This document shows, piece by piece, positions 50,660 to 60,719 of a stretch of DNA of 64,000 nt; position 1 is the stretch's first letter; every line of letters begins with the position of its first letter. Source of the stretch: a virus (Duplodnaviria > Caudoviricetes); the IMG/VR virus record IMGVR_UViG_2517572207_000003; one strand, written 5' to 3'. A program made the translations under genes and the position numbers. Below the pieces are notes generated by a model that did not search any database, was not told where the DNA came from, and was given only the letters and a program-made list of their open reading frames with translations.

Positions 50660-51661
50660 TTAGCCTACCGCCGTAATCGTTGGACGCTCAATTGTCCCGT
50701 AAGCATGAGCGTAACTTGGTCCTTTAGCTACTGGAGCACCGTATTTAATGCCCACATACTGTTCTTGCAGGCTTGATGTTGTACCCAATTGGAACAAGTA
50801 GATCCCCTTTTCTCCAACGTAGTGATATTCAATCATCGGTTCGGTTATAATCGCAATACCATAGTCAGTATTCGATGCTGTCGTCGCATTTACAGACGAT
50901 GTAATAAACGGTTCTGGAATAATCGGCAAGAGTCCAGCAGCAGTCATAATAGCCAGTACTTCCAAACCTGCGACAGTTGTCTTCTTGATGTTGCTGACTT
51001 GCGTTTGATTGTTGGCTGCGGTTCTCTCTTCTTCTTCTAAGTAGTGATGCGCAATAGGATGAATATAGATAGCGGTTGGCATAAGCTCGTACAACTCACT
51101 TGCTACCATTGCAGCAACTTTCGCCCGAATACCCGATACAATAGATGCAGTTGGTCCAACAGTGAAAGTGTTTGTGATTTGATTGGCAAGGCCCACATAT
51201 TGAAGAGTTGTAGGGACTGTCAATCCTGTGTCTGTACCTCTCCAAAGAGCTTTACCGTGGGCAAGACCAATGCCATTAAGCATATCATTCAAATCCTTCG
51301 CCTTAAGCTCAGGAAAGTTGTTTTGTTGTTGTCCTAAAGTGATATCGTAATGTCCAAAATTAACTTGGTTGGTCAGGGCCTTAATCTTCACCCCATGAGG
51401 TGTGCGCTGATTGCTAGTGGAAGCAGCCGATGGATTACGTGGATCGACGAATTCACCGCCTTTAACAGTGTTTTGTTCATAGTAAGTTGAAATATCTCCT
51501 GTAGCAGGTACGTAATTTAGTCGTCCATCCAATATAGATGTTCGGCGCAATACATCTGTAATTTCTTTTTGGAAATCGTCTGTAATGATTGCCCCCGGTC
51601 CTTGAAATTGCGTTGCTGCTGCCATTGTGACGAATTCAGCTGTTCCTACACGGTTATTCAT
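50660..51661 (-). CDS. major capsid protein
   Basis: 333 aa after protease/scaffold; HK97-type position; terminator follows. Confidence 0.8.
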   Translation of the reverse strand: MNNRVGTAEFVTMAAATQFQGPGAIITDDFQKEITDVLRRTSILDGRLNYVPATGDISTYYEQNTVKGGEFVDPRNPSAASTSNQRTPHGVKIKALTNQVNFGHYDITLGQQQNNFPELKAKDLNDMLNGIGLAHGKALWRGTDTGLTVPTTLQYVGLANQITNTFTVGPTASIVSGIRAKVAAMVASELYELMPTAIYIHPIAHHYLEEEERTAANNQTQVSNIKKTTVAGLEVLAIMTAAGLLPIIPEPFITSSVNATTASNTDYGIAIITEPMIEYHYVGEKGIYLFQLGTTSSLQEQYVGIKYGAPVAKGPSYAHAYGTIERPTITAVG

Positions 51662-51664
51662 ATA

Positions 51665-52720
51665 TTACACACTCTCCTTGTCAGCAAATTGTGCTTTTGC
51701 CTGCATTTTAAGTTTGAAAGATTCGGAAGTTGGAAGATTAAGAGCATCGACGGAAGCACAGAAGGTTTTGTAATCATTCACTTCCGCTCCAGCTGCAAGA
51801 TTGGCATTACTGCCATACTTGGACAATAGAGCGGATGCGCTGAATGTTTTGCGTTCCGGCTCTGCTGGAGGCGCACCCGCTGCTTTTAACTCTTTCAATT
51901 CTTTTTCTAAAGCATCCGCTTTATCTTGAGCTGCCTTTAGAAAAGCAGCAGCTTGTTCTTCAGCAGTTTTATGTTCGGCTTCTTCACTTGCAGCTTTCAT
52001 AGTGGTGATATCTGTTTTAATTGCTCCCATCTCTGTGACCACGCTTTGTACACTCGCAGTGATAGCGGACATACCATCTTGCAGCGCCTTCATGGAGTCT
52101 TCCATCGCTTTGATTTGTTCCGGTGTCATATTGACATCCTCCTTGTTATGTTTCGTATTACGAGCAGCAAAACTCGTTGTTTTATAGGCAGCGGCATCAG
52201 CGAACAGAATAGCTGCTCCTGTACCACAAAACTCAATCACGTCTAATACATTTTCTAAATCCGTTGCATCCTGTACAGAAGCTTCCATTTCGAGTGATGC
52301 ACCAAACTGATACTCGCTCCAGTTATACTCAGCCGCTAAACCGTTGTAGTAACGAATAGTCGCAACCACATCAGGAAAATCTTTTGCGTAAATGTATCCG
52401 TCAATCCATGCATACCCATCAAGTGAACGGTAAGCCTTATCAATTACAGCGACTTTAAAGCGCGGGTCATGGTCCGCCATACCGTTGGCATAGTCAATAT
52501 TCAAGGCCATACCCACGAAGGTTTGAAGATATTGGTCGCAAACATTTGATGAAATACGAATACGTTTCCCGCCAGCACCATGAGGTGAGCCATCACTTGG
52601 TTGATCAACTGCGAAAAGAGCACATTTGAAAGGAACCTTGTTTGGATGTCCTCCTTCTTCGGATAACTTGAAGTCCTGAACGCGCATCCGCTGGTTGCTC
52701 ATTTTCAACGTTTTAAGCAT
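51665..52720 (-). CDS. prohead protease/scaffold fusion
   Basis: H...GASLEM...FCGTGAAIL...AAY..T protease part; Ala/Glu-rich coiled C-terminus. Confidence 0.78.
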   Translation of the reverse strand: MLKTLKMSNQRMRVQDFKLSEEGGHPNKVPFKCALFAVDQPSDGSPHGAGGKRIRISSNVCDQYLQTFVGMALNIDYANGMADHDPRFKVAVIDKAYRSLDGYAWIDGYIYAKDFPDVVATIRYYNGLAAEYNWSEYQFGASLEMEASVQDATDLENVLDVIEFCGTGAAILFADAAAYKTTSFAARNTKHNKEDVNMTPEQIKAMEDSMKALQDGMSAITASVQSVVTEMGAIKTDITTMKAASEEAEHKTAEEQAAAFLKAAQDKADALEKELKELKAAGAPPAEPERKTFSASALLSKYGSNANLAAGAEVNDYKTFCASVDALNLPTSESFKLKMQAKAQFADKESV

Positions 52721-52873
52721 TTAGATTCTCACCTCCCTCCGTGATATTTCTGTTGTCTGCGCTCTGCTCGGTTTCTCGGTGTTGGCAATGACCTGGGATA
52801 TGTCAGTCTCACAACACTGCAAACAAACCTTGTAAACACGTCCTCACCGCCTCTCAGGGCAAAATAAAAACAC

Positions 52874-54256
52874 CTACTCTTCAGCGGTGTCAGATTCATC
52901 CTTTTCTGTTTTGTCCTTATCATTCAGCGGATCATCTTCAGGAAGATTGCTTAACAGTTTGTCTTTCTCTCCTTGTAATTCTTCCTGAGTTTTATTTAAA
53001 TCGATAGCTGCGGTATTACCTGGTTGTAATAATACTTCGCCATGTTTATTAGGCAATGCTTTACGCGCCAGACCATCACGTACTTCATCTGGTGTTACAG
53101 TTCTTCTGTCAAGGTAAATTGCATCAATATCGGCTTTTAATTTCTGGTCCTTCAACGAAGTAGCATAGTGGAACTTAAACTCAATTACCCCACCCATCTT
53201 GAAGATCCCGTCAATAATGTGATTGTTGATATGCTCCACAATGTTTTCAGCAATAGACTGGATAGATTCATTCGTGTCATCGTCTTCACTGTCTGCGGTG
53301 CTTCGGTTCACATCTTTCGTTTGGCCCAGCTTTTTTGGTGAGATATCAAAAGCGATAGCCACGATCTCGATCAAGAACCGTTGCCAATCAAGAAACAGCG
53401 CCTTATCGTCCGTAGCTCCCAAATCAAGCACACTTGGGTTCTCTCCTCCGATAATTGGGTTCATTCCCCGTCCCAACACTTCGTTCTCCCAATACGCTCG
53501 AAAAGCAGCCACCGCCTTGCTATCAGCACTCTTACCAAGATTAATCAGCTTCCTAATCACAGTATTTGAAGCCTGTTTCCCAGCAGATCGATGCGCTGAT
53601 ATAAAGCTTTCAACTGATTCCCAAACCGTTTCTAGCGGTGAAAGTCCGAATGGTGTGTTAGTTCTCGGATTCATTCGTATATACATTAGGTCAGAAGACT
53701 TTAAATGAACATATTGCCCGTGAACTCGTTGTGCATAGCGATAAGAATTCTCTTTTCCATCCCAATCGGGATACAAGTCAACAGAGAAAGAATCTACAGG
53801 GTACATCCTAAATGGCCTGAGAGGGTCACCAGCTTTTAATACTTCCGATGAACCCGCGCTACATACAAGCATATCTTCAACAATTTGCTCAATCCATGAA
53901 CGGAACGAGTCACCAGGATTCGGCTTCAGTAATGATCGTTCGATAATCTTACATATTTCCCGGTACTTCTCAGTATCATTTTCGTCAATAGCAGATACGG
54001 ACCAGTTCAGTTTTGTGATTCCGTTCTTGATGACGTTAATTGCTCTACGCGGAATCGGGGATTCTGATAACGTTCGTAAGTTTGTCGGCGTTCGCTTTGG
54101 AGCTGGCTGGTTACTTCCCTTACTCATCATGATACCAAACGGGAATGGGTAACTTTCCGTCTGTCGTTCAGGTTCATTCTTCGGCCTTCCCGCCGCTAGC
54201 CAGTTAATTATCCACTGTCGTACACCCAAATCTGTACCTCCCTTCTGACGCAACAA
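52874..54256 (-). CDS. portal protein
   Basis: PFGLSPLE, IVAIAFDISP..LG, TPDEVR; likely start TTG ~54229. Confidence 0.9.
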   Translation of the reverse strand: MLRQKGGTDLGVRQWIINWLAAGRPKNEPERQTESYPFPFGIMMSKGSNQPAPKRTPTNLRTLSESPIPRRAINVIKNGITKLNWSVSAIDENDTEKYREICKIIERSLLKPNPGDSFRSWIEQIVEDMLVCSAGSSEVLKAGDPLRPFRMYPVDSFSVDLYPDWDGKENSYRYAQRVHGQYVHLKSSDLMYIRMNPRTNTPFGLSPLETVWESVESFISAHRSAGKQASNTVIRKLINLGKSADSKAVAAFRAYWENEVLGRGMNPIIGGENPSVLDLGATDDKALFLDWQRFLIEIVAIAFDISPKKLGQTKDVNRSTADSEDDDTNESIQSIAENIVEHINNHIIDGIFKMGGVIEFKFHYATSLKDQKLKADIDAIYLDRRTVTPDEVRDGLARKALPNKHGEVLLQPGNTAAIDLNKTQEELQGEKDKLLSNLPEDDPLNDKDKTEKDESDTAEE

Positions 54257-54398
54257 AAAAGGAGGTCAGGAAATTTTTCCTGCCTCCGTATTCGTTCATA
54301 TTTCTATGTCTAAATAATATCATTGAGTTGATTCGTTATCACTACGGATTTCAATCAAAATAATATATAATATAAAGTACTGAAAATATATACATGAG

Positions 54399-55217
54399 GT
54401 GATGATAATGCAAAATAAAAACATAAAAAGACTTACTCCAACGCCCGAAACAATTAGGAAGTTGTATCTTCTATCTGGTAATGAGTGCGCTTTTCCAAAG
54501 TGTAATGCGAGAATGATTGATGGTAATGGAAATTTCATTGGTCAAGTATGTCACATTGAAGCTGCTATGCCTGGAGGAGAAAGATTTAATCCAAAGCAAA
54601 CAAATGAAGATAGAAGAGAGTTTAGCAATCTTATGTTAATGTGCTACGAACATCACATAGTCACGAATGATGTTTCTAACTATACTGTGAAAAAATTAAA
54701 AAATATTAAAAAGAATCATGAGGAAAAGTACTTGTCTGCTGTTAATAATATATTAAATTCAGTTACTGACAAGACCAAATCAAACAAATTTACATACGCT
54801 AATTCTTGCACAAAGCTAGTAAATGCTTGGGGCTGGAACCTCAGTGTTGAAGAACAAAAAGCACTTGTAGATGATTTGAACGAAACCTTGAATAATAGTC
54901 TTAATAAATTACCCCAAGAAACAAGGGAATTGCTGGTGGTAATGATAGAGCGATGCAGAGAACAAAAGGTTTATTTACACGAAATATCCAAGGTTACTGG
55001 TATAAGCCTCAGCAAGATGAAAGAAGATATCGATTTACTTATTAGATATAAGATTATTGACGAACCAGAAAGTGACGAATACAGCAATTATTACATTACA
55101 TTCAAACTCATCAAAAAGGAATGGGAATTTTGGGATGATTTAAATGATACATGTAATAATTGCAATATTTCTTTGGAAGAATTGATTATTGGGCTTGATT
55201 TTAGTTTACTTGATTAG
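54399..55217 (+). CDS. HNH-endonuclease-domain moron between terL and portal
   Basis: LY.LSGNECAFP.C...CHIEA..PGG.RF...NLMLMC.EHH...D; AT-rich; opposite strand. Confidence 0.8.
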   Translation: MMIMQNKNIKRLTPTPETIRKLYLLSGNECAFPKCNARMIDGNGNFIGQVCHIEAAMPGGERFNPKQTNEDRREFSNLMLMCYEHHIVTNDVSNYTVKKLKNIKKNHEEKYLSAVNNILNSVTDKTKSNKFTYANSCTKLVNAWGWNLSVEEQKALVDDLNETLNNSLNKLPQETRELLVVMIERCREQKVYLHEISKVTGISLSKMKEDIDLLIRYKIIDEPESDEYSNYYITFKLIKKEWEFWDDLNDTCNNCNISLEELIIGLDFSLLD

Positions 55218-55232
55218 CCTTTCTTACGCTTG

Positions 55233-56663
55233 TCAACCAAATGAAAATACATTTTTGAATTTAATATTTGCAAAAGATAATACAAATGCGTCGGCCCTAT
55301 CCGGTGAGGGTAGGCCGCGCTTTTTCATATCCTCTTTTCGTTCTAAAAATATCTTTCCGTTGCTACCCATCCGCCATTTTCGGGAAGTGAGCTGCGTTAT
55401 AAGTTTCTCGTCATCTGGCAATTGCAGTTCACCCGGCTTGCCAAGCACATAGTTGCTCATATTAGCCTCAAGCATTTCTTTGACATGTCCCCACTGTTCA
55501 GCCCCTAGATTCCCATAATGACCGTCTTCCGCTGCTGATCCATTGTTAACTGGAATGATGGTGTAGCCTAGACTTTTCTCCTCATTAATCTCATTCAATC
55601 TATCTGTTACAGCTCCACCTATTCCACTATCATCAATTCTTATTTCTACTTCGTCCATTTCTGTACGCTCTGCCTTTACATCATCAACCAGGCGTAATAC
55701 CCAGCCTGTGGTTGTCATAGTGTCCTGCTTGTGGTGGAAATGAGTCTTTACCACCTTGCCTCCCATACGTGCGTACATGGTTGTCTCATCGTCTCCAAAA
55801 CGTGCAACGTCAACACCTACAAATAGCTTTGTTCCAGAAGGTTCAATTTTAACTTCATCTTTGGCAAATTCCGCAGCTTCCAGAGAGATGAATGTATCAG
55901 ATTCACCACGGGGAAACTCGCCTTCTACACGAACGCGCCATACATCGCTTCCCTCTCCATATTTCCGTTTAAGCATAGCGATGTTTTCTTTACTCGTTCT
56001 CGGACTGTCCAAACAGGATACCTTACGTGTTTTATAATCAGATCTATCCTTATTGTGCGAATCATAAAAAACACCCGACGTTTTTGTCGGGTTTCCACAC
56101 ATCAGTATTTTATTGAACTCACCCGACAACGTACCTAAAATGGCTTCCATGATTGGATCAGCAACACCCGATGCCTCATCCACAACAAATAGCATGTAGT
56201 CCTCATGAAAGCCTTGCATATTTTCAGGCTTGGTTGCTGTCCGAGCTGTAGCGAACCATCGTTCCTCATAATTTTTCATGTATATTTTGGTCTTAGTCCA
56301 CTTAAGGATTCGTTTCAGCACCGGACTTTTAGATTGCCATTTATTTATCTCAGCCCATAACACGTCATGTAGTTGCTGCCTTGTAGGAGCTGTACAAATT
56401 ACCTTTGGATATGGGAAACACGACAAGAACCATAGAGCTGTTGCCGCTTCTAATCCTGTTTTTCCTACGCCTTGACCTGAACGTACTGAAACACGAGGAT
56501 TATTAGCTAAATCCATTAGAGTGCTTGCCTGCCAATCATCAGGATAGAACTTAAGCATCTCTTGACAGAACAATGTGGGATTCTTGCGATACTCAGGAAT
56601 CCTTTTCTTGAATGCTTGAAGTCTCCGTTTCGTCTCCGGTGAGTCCTTCGTCTTCATCGCCAA
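55233..56663 (-). CDS. terL: terminase large subunit
   Basis: SGQGVGKT Walker A, VVDEASG Walker B, GNPT, GVDVARFGDD, SPDRADA. Confidence 0.95.
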   Translation of the reverse strand: MAMKTKDSPETKRRLQAFKKRIPEYRKNPTLFCQEMLKFYPDDWQASTLMDLANNPRVSVRSGQGVGKTGLEAATALWFLSCFPYPKVICTAPTRQQLHDVLWAEINKWQSKSPVLKRILKWTKTKIYMKNYEERWFATARTATKPENMQGFHEDYMLFVVDEASGVADPIMEAILGTLSGEFNKILMCGNPTKTSGVFYDSHNKDRSDYKTRKVSCLDSPRTSKENIAMLKRKYGEGSDVWRVRVEGEFPRGESDTFISLEAAEFAKDEVKIEPSGTKLFVGVDVARFGDDETTMYARMGGKVVKTHFHHKQDTMTTTGWVLRLVDDVKAERTEMDEVEIRIDDSGIGGAVTDRLNEINEEKSLGYTIIPVNNGSAAEDGHYGNLGAEQWGHVKEMLEANMSNYVLGKPGELQLPDDEKLITQLTSRKWRMGSNGKIFLERKEDMKKRGLPSPDRADAFVLSFANIKFKNVFSFG

Positions 56664-57876
56664 CCACCGCCTCTACCCAATCGTCAATTAAATCGTCTTC
56701 TGAATTTCCTTCTCCAGTGACCTTTGCCCTTTCAAGCTCAAGTTTCTCACGTTGCATCTTAAGTTTCTCGTCTTCAACCATCCGTTTATGTTTGTCTGGA
56801 AGCAGATCCATGTATTTAGTTAGCACGTCCAATGCCTTGGTTTTGTCGTGTAGCTTTACGCTCACTCCATCCTTACCCTGCTTGACTTCTGAAACCAGAG
56901 TTCCATCAATTTCATCGCTGTTTTTAAAAGAGACATAATTGTATCTGTACTTCTTCGTTTCTCCAGTGTCAGGATCAAACACAGGATCTCCTTCTAAGCC
57001 AAGAACATCTTCTTCCTTTTGACCGAATTCTACGTAATCCGTAATGTCTGCGAAAGCAATCTTCATGTACTCCATTAGAACTCGCTGAGCATTTAAACCC
57101 ACCTCGTCGATCATTGTTTCCTTGTGCTGCCGAATAATGTTTTGGATTTCAACTTTCTTCAACAGAGCGAAACCAATCTGATAGGCAGTTTTCTTACTGT
57201 ATCCCGCCGCAATCGCTGACCTGGTAGCGTTGAAGTCTCGAAGGTATTCATAAGTGAATATCCTTTGCTTAGGCGTTAATCCATCCTCATCGGGAATTTC
57301 CGGTTCAGGTTCTTCAACAACCGTTGGAGCACTCTGTACTTTTTTGGAACGTTCCATATTACCGGAGCGTTCCGGTACTTTTTTCGGAGCGCTCCGTATT
57401 TTTGGAGTTTCCCCCAGCTCTTTTGATAGTGCATCAACAGTAAGCAGAGTAGCATATACTTCCCTCGGCTTATCACCTTGATATGTACCAATGAATTTGC
57501 GCCGCTCCATTTCATCAATCAGTCGGGCCGCTCTGCTATAACCTATCCTCATTCTTCTCTGTAATAAAGAAACCGAGGCTTGTTTGGCCTCGGCTACAAT
57601 TTGGACAGCTTTTAGAAAAAGATCGTCTGGATATGATGTTGTATCTTCATCTTTCTTTGCAGGTTCATTTTTTTTATCAGTTTCATCTTCATCGGAACGT
57701 TCCGTATGTTTCGCTTCTCCAATCAAACTCTCCCACTTATCTTTAGCCTTCCATCCTCTTACCGTACCTTCAGATACACTAAGCTGAGATGCTATATCTG
57801 TGAGACGTATGTTGCCGGAACTGGCTTTGTATAAATCAAATGCTTCGTCCCGTTTAGGATCTCTCTTTCGTCCCAT
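56593..57876 (-). CDS. terS: terminase small subunit with internal FtsK/SpoIIIE gamma domain
   Basis: N-terminal HTH (TVRGWKAKDKW); ASVSLLQRRMRIGYSRAARLIDEME...KPREV gamma motif; LTPKQRIF..EYL.DFNATRSAIAAGYS TerS domain. Confidence 0.88.
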   Translation of the reverse strand: MGRKRDPKRDEAFDLYKASSGNIRLTDIASQLSVSEGTVRGWKAKDKWESLIGEAKHTERSDEDETDKKNEPAKKDEDTTSYPDDLFLKAVQIVAEAKQASVSLLQRRMRIGYSRAARLIDEMERRKFIGTYQGDKPREVYATLLTVDALSKELGETPKIRSAPKKVPERSGNMERSKKVQSAPTVVEEPEPEIPDEDGLTPKQRIFTYEYLRDFNATRSAIAAGYSKKTAYQIGFALLKKVEIQNIIRQHKETMIDEVGLNAQRVLMEYMKIAFADITDYVEFGQKEEDVLGLEGDPVFDPDTGETKKYRYNYVSFKNSDEIDGTLVSEVKQGKDGVSVKLHDKTKALDVLTKYMDLLPDKHKRMVEDEKLKMQREKLELERAKVTGEGNSEDDLIDDWVEAVVGDEDEGLTGDETETSSIQEKDS

Positions 57877-58131
57877 ATCTTATTATTCACCCCTTTTGAT
57901 AATGTATCTGAAGCTAAGGAAAAGTTTCCTGAACAAATAAAAAAGCACCTATTAAGGTGCTAGGTGCTAAATCTAGCTTTATCGCATCATTGAAATCACG
58001 TAAAAATAATTTTTTATATCGACATTTCTTTACATATTTCCCGAGTTTTTTAATTTTGATAGTTGTATAATCCTCTTAATGGTAGCTGGAAACTATCCGG
58101 CTATCAAAAAAGTGAGAGGAGATTTTTAAGA

Positions 58132-58635
58132 ATGAAAAAGTTGGTTTCTATTTTGCTCACATTTGCCCTTTTGTTATCCGTGTCCGTAACAGCATTTGCA
58201 GAAGAAGCAACACCTACTAACCAGCAAGATGCAAAATACTCCATCAGTGTTGGTGATTCCGACATCGAATTGGCTAAAGGAGAAACTGTTGAAATACCTC
58301 TTACATTAATCCCTAAAGAAGGAACGGTTCATCCCAATGTTGATTTCCCTGGCACTGGGGGAATCCTTTCCTTAACTGCTGGGGCCAATTATGTCTTTTA
58401 CAGAATAACTCCGTCGGTTCCAATAGATAATTTCACTGGAATAATGAGTATCACAGATTTGACTTCTGGATTAAGTAATGGGAATGCAATTGTATCTGGA
58501 TTAGCAGGTCAAGTTGCTTATTCTGGTTATAGGAATCATACGTACCGCGCTTCTTTGGACGGTACAGGCACTTTACTTGGAATCCCTTATATTAATACTA
58601 ACCCAAATGGGATTACTTGGACACATAATTGGTAA
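58132..58635 (+). CDS. secreted hypothetical protein (moron)
   Basis: signal peptide MKKLVSILLTFALLLSVSVTAFA; RBS GAGGAG. Confidence 0.75.
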   Translation: MKKLVSILLTFALLLSVSVTAFAEEATPTNQQDAKYSISVGDSDIELAKGETVEIPLTLIPKEGTVHPNVDFPGTGGILSLTAGANYVFYRITPSVPIDNFTGIMSITDLTSGLSNGNAIVSGLAGQVAYSGYRNHTYRASLDGTGTLLGIPYINTNPNGITWTHNW

Positions 58636-58691
58636 TATTAGTTGAATTATATAAAGAAGCTTACAGTCATTGACTATAAGCTTCTTTTCTA

Positions 58692-59144
58692 TTATAGAGT
58701 TGGTTTAAACAAATAGTGTAAGAAAAGACTTGTAACAGTTAAACTATATTTTTTGTCTATTGAGATCGACTTTGGGTCTTTCATAAATTGCTGTACATCA
58801 TTCGTGTCTAACTTGGCATACAGTGCTATGGTTTCATATGAAATACCCCAATGCTGATTCAAAATATCAATAACGCCCTTTACTCGCTCACTTTCGTCTA
58901 TCATTTGGATTCCATTAGCGAGCATAAAAAGCAAACTATCGAAATTCAGTTTAGAATGCGAATTACCTAATTCAGAAAAATCATTCTTGCCATTTAAATA
59001 TCCCAAAATTACGTCTTCTTCAATTCCAGAAATTTTACTTAGGGTATCTGTAGTTATCTTGTAGACTTCCAAAACTCGTTTTAACAGCGCTCTAGGCCCA
59101 TCTTCACCTTCGGACCCGTTGCTTGTGTCCCCATATAATTTCAT
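58692..59144 (-). CDS. HTH domain protein
   Basis: two helix-turn-helix-like segments. Confidence 0.6.
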   Translation of the reverse strand: MKLYGDTSNGSEGEDGPRALLKRVLEVYKITTDTLSKISGIEEDVILGYLNGKNDFSELGNSHSKLNFDSLLFMLANGIQMIDESERVKGVIDILNQHWGISYETIALYAKLDTNDVQQFMKDPKSISIDKKYSLTVTSLFLHYLFKPTL

Positions 59145-59591
59145 TAAAGAAAACCCCTTTCATATAAATTCTTCTCCGACACGATGTACGCTAACTGATA
59201 TATCATCCTTTTATTCCAGTTCCATACCTCCACTTCCAAATGAATAATTATATATATCATTATAACCAAAAGATGGGGATTTTTGTTGCATTGATTCATT
59301 TCATCTAATCATACAAATTTAGAAAATTGTCCTGATTTAACTTAGCAAAAAGAAGGAAATAGATTCCCATCTGCCTCGTTATTATAGATTGATGAGGTTG
59401 AGGAAAAGCTTCCCGAACAAATAAAAGAGCAACGATTTCACGCTGCTCTACTGTAGTGATCAGTAATTTATAAAATGCGGTTACCGCTAATCCGCCATGC
59501 CTGGAATAGGCCTTCAATGGACATCCTTCTTGCTCCGGGTTTATATTACCCTCTGAGTCCTGTCTCCGATTTAGTTTTAGTTTTGGAAAAA

Positions 59592-59846
59592 TTACAGAAG
59601 TTGATCAGCTAGCGCTTTAAGGCCACTTGGTACAGCAATTTGTTTGCCGTCATGTTCATTGCCGTTTACATAAGCTGTGTCTTTGTCTGCATAGTAAACT
59701 ACACCTTTACCGCCGATAATCGGGAAGACGCTTTCGTCGTAATCCAGATTTGTACCCACATACTTGCCATGCTTAGCTGCTTCACTTTCCGATGGATGGA
59801 GATGAAGAATTTTTGTGTTGTCCAAGTAAGCGTAACTATGTGCCAT
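59592..59846 (-). CDS. hypothetical protein
   Basis: RBS AGGAGG, 84 aa. Confidence 0.7.
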   Translation of the reverse strand: MAHSYAYLDNTKILHLHPSESEAAKHGKYVGTNLDYDESVFPIIGGKGVVYYADKDTAYVNGNEHDGKQIAVPSGLKALADQLL

Positions 59847-60029
59847 GTTTATTGCCTCCTAAAATAGTTTTAATTTGTTCCTGAATAAAGTGTAAATCCT
59901 TTCTACTCCGTACCTACTACGGATTTGCTAGTTCCTACTATCAGCAGAAAATAAAGTGGTAGACTGAGCCTAGAAATTGAAAACAGCGACAACCAAGGAC
60001 GAAAAAAAGTCCTAGACTGTCGCTGTTCC

Positions 60030-60058
60030 ATTGAACTAACGTTCCCCGTTAGCTTAAA
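60030..60058 (-). repeat. palindromic cassette-boundary site 11 (contains the NUDIX stop codon)
   Basis: ATTGAACTAAC-GTTCCCC-GTTAGCTTAAA. Confidence 0.85.
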
Positions 60059-60518
60059 CCATATTCTCCAGATACTTGTTGAATAAGGCTAATGAGTATT
60101 GCTTTTGAGAGATCAAATTTTCTGTAATCTGTTTAATTACTTCTTTATCGCGTAGCTCAAGTGAATCTGGAATCAACAGATCCGTAGGTGCTATCCATTT
60201 CGAATCAATGATCTCCGTTGTATCTAACTGAAGAGAACCACCGATGATTTCACCAATAAAATGAAATAAAATAACCTGGTGATTTGTACTACTAATGAAG
60301 TTATAAATACCTGTAGTGGCTGTAAGTTTAACGTCGTAGCCGGTTTCTTCTTTTGCTTCTCTACGTGCCGCCTCTAGAATATCTTCATCATATTCGATTC
60401 TCCCTGACGGGAAGTTCCATGTATTCTTAACAGATGCTTTGTTTTCTTTGATCATAAGCAGCTTATCTTCATGTATTATCGAAACACTCACAACCAATAC
60501 AATCCCGTTTTGAGTCAC
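60054..60518 (-). CDS. NUDIX hydrolase
   Basis: Nudix box G-x5-E-x7-REAKEETG. Confidence 0.92.
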   Translation of the reverse strand: MTQNGIVLVVSVSIIHEDKLLMIKENKASVKNTWNFPSGRIEYDEDILEAARREAKEETGYDVKLTATTGIYNFISSTNHQVILFHFIGEIIGGSLQLDTTEIIDSKWIAPTDLLIPDSLELRDKEVIKQITENLISQKQYSLALFNKYLENMV

Positions 60519-60561
60519 GCTAAAAAACCTCCATAGTTAGAAAATTAACGTCACTATTATT

Positions 60562-60575
60562 AGAACATATGTTCC
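60562..60575. promoter_or_regulatory. putative LexA box upstream of NUDIX gene
   Basis: AGAAC-ATAT-GTTCC. Confidence 0.55.
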
Positions 60576-60604
60576 GATTTTTGTAAATGACTGGATCACC
60601 GCTC

Positions 60605-60632
60605 ATTATACTAACCTGCCCGTTAGCTTTAT
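60605..60632 (-). repeat. palindromic cassette-boundary site 12
   Basis: ATTATACTAAC-CTGCCC-GTTAGCTTTAT. Confidence 0.8.
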
Positions 60633-60719
60633 GAAGCATCGTCAAGACTATTACTTTATTTTCAGTCTAGAACTTTAGACACCTAAAATTAAGACCGCAA
60701 AGGCTTAAGCCCTTACGGT

